Shown here one piece after another: positions 26,021 through 32,000 of a DNA stretch of 32,000 bases. The position numbers were made by a program, and so were the translations under genes. The stretch's first letter is position 1. Each line of letters starts with the position of its first letter. Where the stretch lies: positions 900,001 to 932,000 of the forward strand of contig OW818653.1 in assembly GCA_942492995.1 (NCBI GenBank), read 5' to 3'. This stretch comes from an uncultured Erysipelotrichaceae bacterium (lineage in GTDB: Bacteria > Bacillota_I > Bacilli_A > Erysipelotrichales > Erysipelotrichaceae). The notes below the pieces were generated by a model. The model did no database searches. It worked only from the letters and a program-made list of their open reading frames with translations, and was not told the DNA's origin.

Positions 26021-27236
26021 ATTCTTTTAAGGGGTTAATATTGATTTCAGTCGCTAATCCACCTAAGGATGTTTCTCTGAGTTCAAGGGCAATTTTCTTA
26101 CCAGTATAATTCATCGTACGTACAACCATATCAAATGAAACTCGATTTGGTTTAGCTTTACCGATTGTTTCTGCCATTAATACTGCATCAACTGAGCGAA
26201 GTACTGCAGCCCCATTACGTTCGATACATGGAATAATGACATAGCCACCAACAGGATCACAGGTTAAACCTAGATGATGTTCCATCGCTATTTCTGCCGC
26301 ATATTCGATTAATTCATTCGATAATCCATTGATATAAGCAAGTGCAGCCGCAGCCATTGAACATGCTGTACCAATCTCTGCTTGACACCCACCAACTGCA
26401 CCGGATATTGTCGCATTTTCTTTGATCACATTCCCAAATATACCCGCAACCATTAAGGCATGTATTAATTTATGTTTCGATACCCCAATATCAGTATAAA
26501 GATGATACATGAGGGCAGCTAATACACCACTTGCCCCTAAAGTAGGCGCTGTCACAACTAAACCACTTGAAGCATTTTCTTCGTTATTCGCATACGCATA
26601 CGCGACTAACTTTAAACGGTTTTGAATGTATACATCATCTTTTGCGCATGCTTGTAGATAGAGTGATTTCGCAACTCTTGGAATCTCTAATAATCCGGGT
26701 AATAATCCGGTTGTATTAATACCTCTGCGTACTGCTTTAAACATACCTTCTAACATTGAATCGAGGTATGGTTCTAAATTGCTTTCATAATGTAATATAA
26801 ACTCAGGAATACTATGATATTTCGCTTTAACTTCTGCCATAATCTCATTCATTGATTGTTGAGGATAAACTTGTTTCTGGAAATCAAAATCTTCTTCAAG
26901 TACTTTGATACTTCCGCCACCCAATGAGAATACTGTCCATGAACCTAATAAAGTATTACGTACATCGTAGGCTTTAAAGATTAAACCATTATCAAACGGA
27001 TGTTCCCAGTTGAGTCTAAAGTATACTTTACATATTTTAGGCGAGAATGTTTTAACTAAGATTTGATCTGTAAAATGTCCTTTACCAGTTAAAGACAATG
27101 AACCATATAATTCCGCATCAAAACTAACCGCATCTGGGTATTTTTCTTTAAATAGATTTGCAGCACGCCATGGCGCTACCGTATGACTACTACTTGGACC
27201 AGGTCCTATTTTATATAATTCTCTTAATGATTCCAT
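26019..27236 (-). CDS. sdaA: Iron-sulfur-dependent L-serine ammonia-lyase (L-serine dehydratase), single-chain form
   Basis: N-terminal LYKIGPGPSSSHT plus the cluster-cysteine motifs CQAEIGTACSMAAAA and GLTCDPVGGYVIIPCIERN in one 405-aa polypeptide. Confidence 0.85.
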   Translation of the reverse strand: MESLRELYKIGPGPSSSHTVAPWRAANLFKEKYPDAVSFDAELYGSLSLTGKGHFTDQILVKTFSPKICKVYFRLNWEHPFDNGLIFKAYDVRNTLLGSWTVFSLGGGSIKVLEEDFDFQKQVYPQQSMNEIMAEVKAKYHSIPEFILHYESNLEPYLDSMLEGMFKAVRRGINTTGLLPGLLEIPRVAKSLYLQACAKDDVYIQNRLKLVAYAYANNEENASSGLVVTAPTLGASGVLAALMYHLYTDIGVSKHKLIHALMVAGIFGNVIKENATISGAVGGCQAEIGTACSMAAAALAYINGLSNELIEYAAEIAMEHHLGLTCDPVGGYVIIPCIERNGAAVLRSVDAVLMAETIGKAKPNRVSFDMVVRTMNYTGKKIALELRETSLGGLATEININPLKE

Positions 27237-28240
27237 CAGTGTGTTGCCTCGATTAGAAATAATTCAAACCCAAACTTTTTATCGACTAAGCCAATTTTAG
27301 AACGATGATCATAATTGGACAAATAATTTAAAATACCTAAGATACGTTCTGGACTTGTTTGACGTGCCAATGTTAACATCTTGTTTAATCGATAGACATT
27401 CACATTGTTTGCGGGAGATAGTTTATTAATCATCTCTTGGCGATGATATCCTTCTCGATCAAGACTAGCAACTTGATATAACAATCGTAATTGACTCGCA
27501 ATTAATCCACTAAACGATAGTGGTTCCATATTCAATATCATCATATCATTGTAAATATGTAGAGCTTGTTTTAAGTTCTTATCCATTAAGGCATTTACTA
27601 AATGAAATGCTTCATTATCTAATGGTCGACTTATAAGTGCTTCGACATCTTCAAGTGATATTTGACTCCCATATAACGCAAGTTTCTCTGTCTCGTGATA
27701 ACTTACAGACATGTTATTGTCCATACGTTTCAAGAATTCATCGAATGCTTCAGAGTTCATTTTTATATTTTTTTCTTTTAATAAACTAATCAAGAACTGT
27801 CTAAATTCATTCATTTCTAATTTTTTAACATGATCAACTTCACAAAGTTCAGTAATTTTCTTTGTGATTTTCTTTTGAGTATCTAAATTATCATTATCAT
27901 GCATAAAAATTAGTGTACATGTTTCAATAGGGCGTGCTAGATGTTGTAATAGTTCACTTATTTCATTATCTTTTAGATTTACACCTCGAGTTAAAAATGT
28001 GCAATTTTGTATGACAAGTACTTTATGTTCAGAGAAGAATGGCAATGTTTGAGCTTCTTCAATTACTTGTAAGATTGAGAAACTAGAACTCGACGCATCA
28101 TAAAAAACAGTATTCATCGTATCCTGTACGTTTACGAGTGATTTTAACCGTTTATGGAGTGCTTGTTCGAGAAGAAAACTCTCATTTCCGTAGATTAGTG
28201 TATTCATAAAACCATTATACCAAAGAAAAATGAAGGTCAC
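27236..28240 (-). CDS. holA: DNA polymerase III subunit delta
   Basis: Weakly conserved family. LIYGNESFLLEQ near the N-terminus, a helical C-terminal domain, and the classical position between comEC and rpsT. The start is ambiguous: GTG at 28240 (AAGGAA 4 nt upstream) or ATG at 28207 (no SD). Confidence 0.7.
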   Translation of the reverse strand: MTFIFLWYNGFMNTLIYGNESFLLEQALHKRLKSLVNVQDTMNTVFYDASSSSFSILQVIEEAQTLPFFSEHKVLVIQNCTFLTRGVNLKDNEISELLQHLARPIETCTLIFMHDNDNLDTQKKITKKITELCEVDHVKKLEMNEFRQFLISLLKEKNIKMNSEAFDEFLKRMDNNMSVSYHETEKLALYGSQISLEDVEALISRPLDNEAFHLVNALMDKNLKQALHIYNDMMILNMEPLSFSGLIASQLRLLYQVASLDREGYHRQEMINKLSPANNVNVYRLNKMLTLARQTSPERILGILNYLSNYDHRSKIGLVDKKFGFELFLIEATH

Positions 28241-28253
28241 GGATTTCCTTCAT
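28224..28253 (-). terminator. Hairpin after the response-regulator gene, a possible terminator
   Basis: ATGAAGG-(10 nt)-CCTTCAT with T-rich runs on both strands. On the minus strand it is followed by TTTTCTTTGG. It contains the candidate SD and GTG of holA. Confidence 0.45.
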
Positions 28254-28270
28254 TTTTTTATTAAATAGTT

Positions 28271-29338
28271 TTATATCGGTAAATGGATTGGGTATTGTTT
28301 ATCATCTAATTGATAGTTCTCAGATTCAAATAATTGAATGCAAGCCTTCACAATATCTTGATTGTATAGAATTCCTGAATTGATTTTGATTTCTTTAATC
28401 GCATAGTCCAATCCTAGAGCTGGTCGATAAGGACGATGCGATGACATAGCTTCGACGACATCTGCGACCATTAGAATCTGTGCTTCCATTAGTATTTCAT
28501 TCCCTTTTAATCCTTTAGGATAACCACTACCATCTAATCGTTCATGATGTTGATTAACAGCTTCTGATACATTTTTAGGGAGTTGTTCATTCACCAACAT
28601 GTCGAATCCACTCGCACTGTGTGTCTTGAGAAGTAGATACTCTATTTCAGATAATTTTCCAGGTTTTGAAAGTATTTCAGTTGGTATTACGATTTTCCCA
28701 ATATCATGAATGTATCCAATGACGCGTATTGATTCGATAAATTCATTATCATAGTTTAATTTACGTGCAATTTCACTCGCTAAATTACCAACTCTTACTT
28801 GATGACCTGCAGTGTATGGATCTCTAAATTCTACGACATGTGATAAGAGTGAAACGATACTTTGCATCGCTTTCTTTAACTCACTGGTACGTTGTTCAAT
28901 TAAAACTTCAAGATTCGATTGATATGCTTGGTTTTGAATTAATAAATTATTTCGTTCATCGATTAATGCTTTAATCTCACAATTCTTCTTTATATTAATA
29001 AGTAATTCATCTTTACGAATCGGTTTAGATAAATAATCATTCGCCCCCATTTGTACAGCTTGAATTGCCGTATCAACCGTTGGTTCACCGGTCATAATAA
29101 TAATGCGACTATCTTGATCATTTTCACGTATTGCTTGAAGGAGTTCTATCCCTGTCATTTTAGGCATTATTATATCGGTAATAATACAATCGTATCGATT
29201 AACTTTGGTTAACTCGAGTGCTTCTGATGCGTTTTCTGCTTGATTAACATCATACCCTTCACGTCTAAGAAACTCGCTTAATGTTAAGCGAATACTTTCT
29301 TCATCATCCACAACTAATATCTTCATATGTTTCGTCAT
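28271..29338 (-). CDS. Response regulator with REC + HD-GYP output domain (RpfG-type predicted c-di-GMP phosphodiesterase)
   Basis: REC domain: VVDDEE, phospho-acceptor ITDIIMP, YLSKP. HD-GYP domain: GHQVRV, YIHDIGK, HHERLDGSGYPKG. The ATG at 29338 overlaps the kinase stop as ATGA, with GGGAGG 7 nt upstream. Confidence 0.85.
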   Translation of the reverse strand: MTKHMKILVVDDEESIRLTLSEFLRREGYDVNQAENASEALELTKVNRYDCIITDIIMPKMTGIELLQAIRENDQDSRIIIMTGEPTVDTAIQAVQMGANDYLSKPIRKDELLINIKKNCEIKALIDERNNLLIQNQAYQSNLEVLIEQRTSELKKAMQSIVSLLSHVVEFRDPYTAGHQVRVGNLASEIARKLNYDNEFIESIRVIGYIHDIGKIVIPTEILSKPGKLSEIEYLLLKTHSASGFDMLVNEQLPKNVSEAVNQHHERLDGSGYPKGLKGNEILMEAQILMVADVVEAMSSHRPYRPALGLDYAIKEIKINSGILYNQDIVKACIQLFESENYQLDDKQYPIHLPI

Positions 29339-31416
29339 GATATTACCTCCCATCCATTATCTACAGGTAATTCAACGATAAATTCACAGTATTGTCCTTC
29401 TTTTGTATCTATTTTGATTGTTCCATGATGATCATTGATAATGCCATGGCTTATCGATAATCCTAATCCAGTACCTAAATTCTTTGGTTTAGTAGAGAAG
29501 AAAGGTTCGAATATCTTTTCAAGATTTTCTTGGGTGATACCATTGCCAAAGTCCTTTACTGACAAGTTAATCCAACGTCTATTATCATGTTCTACAAACT
29601 CACAACTTAATACTATTTTCTTGTTTTCATCAAAATTTGGATATTTTTCATTTAACGCATCTTTTGCGTTAGTTAACAAATTCATCAACACTTGTTGGAT
29701 TTGTTGGCTACGACACTTCATTTCTGGTAAGTTTTCATCCACATTCAACTCAAGTATAATTTGATCTTTCTTTAACATTGAGTTCATTAACGAAACTGTA
29801 CGATTGATAATATCATAAACACTCGCATAACTATGTGACTGTTTCTCTTGACGCGAGAACTGTAATAAATTCCGAACTATTTCTGAAATACGTTCTGATT
29901 CTTGAATAATTGCTTCTGCGTATTTCTTACTTGATTCAGATTGTGTATCATCTACGATCAATTGTGCATAATTAATAATTCCATTGATAGGGTTATTAAT
30001 TTCATGTGCTACACCACCTGCAAGAGTACCAATTGCCTCAAGTTTTTGTTGCTGTTGGATTTTAATATCCCATTCGATTTTATTTCGTTCTAATTGTTTA
30101 CGCTCTGATATATCACGTACAAATACCATTGCACCTTCCGCATTATCAATAACGATTGGAACCGCAATTGCTTCCACATCAATTGGTTTATTATCGATTG
30201 TTAAGAATACTTCTTCTACTGCTTCAACATCTTCTTTCAATGTATTTAATCGATACAATCTATCTTCTACAGATTTTCTATAATCAGGATGAATTCGATC
30301 CATTATCCATGTATAAAGTAATTGTTCCTGTGTTTCTACTTTAAAAAGTTTTAGTGCCGCATTGTTTAAAAACGCGAAACGTTTATTCGATTGAATAAAA
30401 ATCGCATCTGGCGCATTTTCTACGACAACTTTAAAGCGTTTTTCACTGTTTTCTAATGCCTTAAGCGCTTGTACACGTTCTGTAATATCAATAACGATTG
30501 AGTATAAGTAAACTTTCTTATCAAAATTAATAGGTCCACTTACAACTTCTACATCCATAATACTTCCATCTTTTCTACGATGTTTAAAGATAAAACTATT
30601 TCTACGAAAGTCCTTCGTGTCTTGCATCGCTTTCTTGATCTCATCCGCAGTTAATGTATTTAATGCACCAACACTCATTCTCTTAAATTCATCTTTTGTA
30701 TAACCATACGTTTGTACAGCAGCCGCATTCGCATCAATGATATTCGATGTTTCAGGATCAACGATAAACATAACAGTATGTTTGTTTTCAAATAGATTAC
30801 GATATCGTTGTTCAGCTTCTATTATCTTTTGTGCATTCTCATCTCTAGCGATTTGCGAAAGTAATAACATACATATAAATACCGTCACTAACGGATAAAT
30901 TATCATTACAGGGATTGATAGTTCTTTTAATGTACTTATTGCAGTATCAAATGGTAATGCAAACATACATAACAACATTGCCACATGTGTAACTACCCCA
31001 AAGATATAGATATTCAACCATTTATGACGTTCGGAAATGTTTAAGATATGTTCTTTCCATAAATACCCAATGATAGATGTGGATGTAATGACAAGCACAC
31101 CCGTTAAAGCTCCAACACCACCCATATAAATACGGTATAGTATCATAATCACAGCACTGACAATCAATGTACCAGTCGAGAATAATAGTGCTGTAGCACT
31201 TAACAATATCGATCGTGTATCGAACACAAGACCACTCGTAAATTCATAAGGAACACTCATGATCGCAATTCCGATAAATCCAACTAAAAAACCACGGATT
31301 AACCAGTGATATTTTTTAAACCTGCGAAGAAATATACTACTGAACTCATAAATTACTACTAATATGAGTAAAAACTCCGCATTATCCAATAATTCTATAA
31401 ATGTGTTAAAGTTCAT
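29335..31416 (-). CDS. Sensor histidine kinase: LytS/YhcK-type 5TM receptor domain + two PAS domains + HisKA + HATPase_c
   Basis: The N-terminal ~190 aa are polytopic, with the FDTRSILL motif typical of 5TMR-LYT. Two PAS-like modules follow (ENKHTVMFIVDPET... and ENAPDAIFIQSN...). H-box GGVAHEINNPINGI, N-box LLTNAKDAL, G-boxes DFGNGI and GTGLGLSISHGI. Confidence 0.85.
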   Translation of the reverse strand: MNFNTFIELLDNAEFLLILVVIYEFSSIFLRRFKKYHWLIRGFLVGFIGIAIMSVPYEFTSGLVFDTRSILLSATALLFSTGTLIVSAVIMILYRIYMGGVGALTGVLVITSTSIIGYLWKEHILNISERHKWLNIYIFGVVTHVAMLLCMFALPFDTAISTLKELSIPVMIIYPLVTVFICMLLLSQIARDENAQKIIEAEQRYRNLFENKHTVMFIVDPETSNIIDANAAAVQTYGYTKDEFKRMSVGALNTLTADEIKKAMQDTKDFRRNSFIFKHRRKDGSIMDVEVVSGPINFDKKVYLYSIVIDITERVQALKALENSEKRFKVVVENAPDAIFIQSNKRFAFLNNAALKLFKVETQEQLLYTWIMDRIHPDYRKSVEDRLYRLNTLKEDVEAVEEVFLTIDNKPIDVEAIAVPIVIDNAEGAMVFVRDISERKQLERNKIEWDIKIQQQQKLEAIGTLAGGVAHEINNPINGIINYAQLIVDDTQSESSKKYAEAIIQESERISEIVRNLLQFSRQEKQSHSYASVYDIINRTVSLMNSMLKKDQIILELNVDENLPEMKCRSQQIQQVLMNLLTNAKDALNEKYPNFDENKKIVLSCEFVEHDNRRWINLSVKDFGNGITQENLEKIFEPFFSTKPKNLGTGLGLSISHGIINDHHGTIKIDTKEGQYCEFIVELPVDNGWEVIS

Positions 31417-31480
31417 TATTTGGCCTATTTAAGTTAATTTGATTATGTCATATCAAACTGTATTATACAAACATGATTAT

Positions 31481-32000
31481 CTATAGAATAAATAACTCAT
31501 TGTTTGAATTAACAATTAAACAAATAAATGGTGTAACAATGATTTTAACATCACCATGATTCATACTACTGAAACTCGTTATATAAAAATCATTAAGTCT
31601 TTTTATCACTTCATAATGGGGATGTCCATAATTGTTCTTACCCACACTTATCAGCGCAATGCGTGATTTTATGAGTTTTAACAATTCATCACTTGTAGAA
31701 GTATTTGAACCATGATGTCCTATTTTTAAGATATCAATGGATAGATTTGGATAATTCGCAACTAATTTATACTCCCCTTCAACCGATAAATCACCTAAGA
31801 ATAAGAAGCGTTTATCATATAATTTCATGTAATAAATAAGCGATGAATCATTGTCATCCATTAATGTTTGATTAAATTCAAGATGATCAAGATACAGCCA
31901 GTTATTACTAATATCTTTACCTTTATAAACAATTTCTTCGATCATAAAATCTTCAATTAACCTATCCACATTACCACTATGGTCACTATCATCATGTGTA
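31481..32000 (-). CDS. comEC: DNA internalization competence protein ComEC/Rec2, C-terminal metallo-beta-lactamase domain; the gene continues off the right edge
   Basis: The frame stays open upstream of the ORF-track GTG. Translation reads ..THDDSDHSGNVDRL.. (ComEC-type HxDxDH motif) and later KIGHHGSNTSTS and VGKNNYGHPH. It lies near holA as in Bacillus. Confidence 0.8.
   Translation of the reverse strand, partial: THDDSDHSGNVDRLIEDFMIEEIVYKGKDISNNWLYLDHLEFNQTLMDDNDSSLIYYMKLYDKRFLFLGDLSVEGEYKLVANYPNLSIDILKIGHHGSNTSTSDELLKLIKSRIALISVGKNNYGHPHYEVIKRLNDFYITSFSSMNHGDVKIIVTPFICLIVNSNNELFIL

Noticed and set aside
29504-29513. GGTTCGAATA, which resembles the T-arm (GGTTCGAATCC) of a tRNA.
   Set aside because: It lies inside the histidine kinase ATPase domain coding sequence. 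It has no flanking acceptor, D or anticodon stems, and the match is incomplete.
31417-31480. A promoter for the two-component operon (TGTATAAT around 31460-31469).
   Set aside because: The -10 element is plausible, but the -35 element is poor and the kinase lacks a clear SD. Co-transcription with comEC cannot be excluded, so it is mentioned in a finding and not listed as a feature.
31970-32000. The ComEC metallo-beta-lactamase motif reads HDDSDH rather than the canonical HxHxDH, which might suggest inactivation.
   Set aside because: As I recall, ComEC/Rec2 proteins typically carry HxDxDH (for example HADQDH in B. subtilis). This is family-typical and not a degenerate site.
1-32000. A window-wide search by eye for CRISPR repeats, IS or transposase ends, integrases, tRNA or rRNA genes, toxin-antitoxin pairs and defence-system hallmarks.
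   Set aside because: None was seen. The only direct repeat of note is the intragenic 48-nt-period duplication at 12528-12607. All intergenic gaps are short (about 250 nt or less) and are accounted for by promoters, leaders and terminators.

Overview
This is a gene-dense, AT-rich core chromosomal segment of a low-GC Firmicute. About 30 genes are present and all but three are on the minus strand. Many adjacent genes overlap at their stop and start codons (ATGA or TAATG type). Gene order follows the Bacillus subtilis 'yt' region in compacted form: thiI-nifZ-ezrA, rpsD, tyrS behind a tyrosine T-box, ccpA-like, ytxH/ytxG-like, murC, an M42 peptidase, trmB and pepV. After that come pnp-rpsO, lepA-hemW, fmt, rpsT, holA and comEC. 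I saw no rRNA or tRNA genes, CRISPR arrays, transposases, integrases, phage genes or recognisable defence or toxin systems. The parts that do not look like core housekeeping are listed here. (1) A two-component system sits between comEC and holA: a LytS-type 5TM + dual-PAS histidine kinase paired with a REC-HD-GYP response regulator, a predicted c-di-GMP phosphodiesterase. (2) An acidic, repeat-containing, probably disordered protein and a lipoprotein of unknown function lie upstream of murC. (3) A DUF4332/DUF937 gene pair and a very AT-rich orphan membrane gene on the opposite strand lie at a synteny break between rpsO and hemW. (4) Small insertions or fusions into conserved operons: a MazG-like gene between lepA and hemW, an ECF S-component overlapping fmt, and a single-chain serine dehydratase overlapping holA. 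None of these amounts to a clearly novel system on sequence alone, and the two-component module is the best candidate. All calls come from reading the translations and motifs by eye. No database search was run, and the taxonomic placement (Bacilli/Erysipelotrichia-like) is inference.
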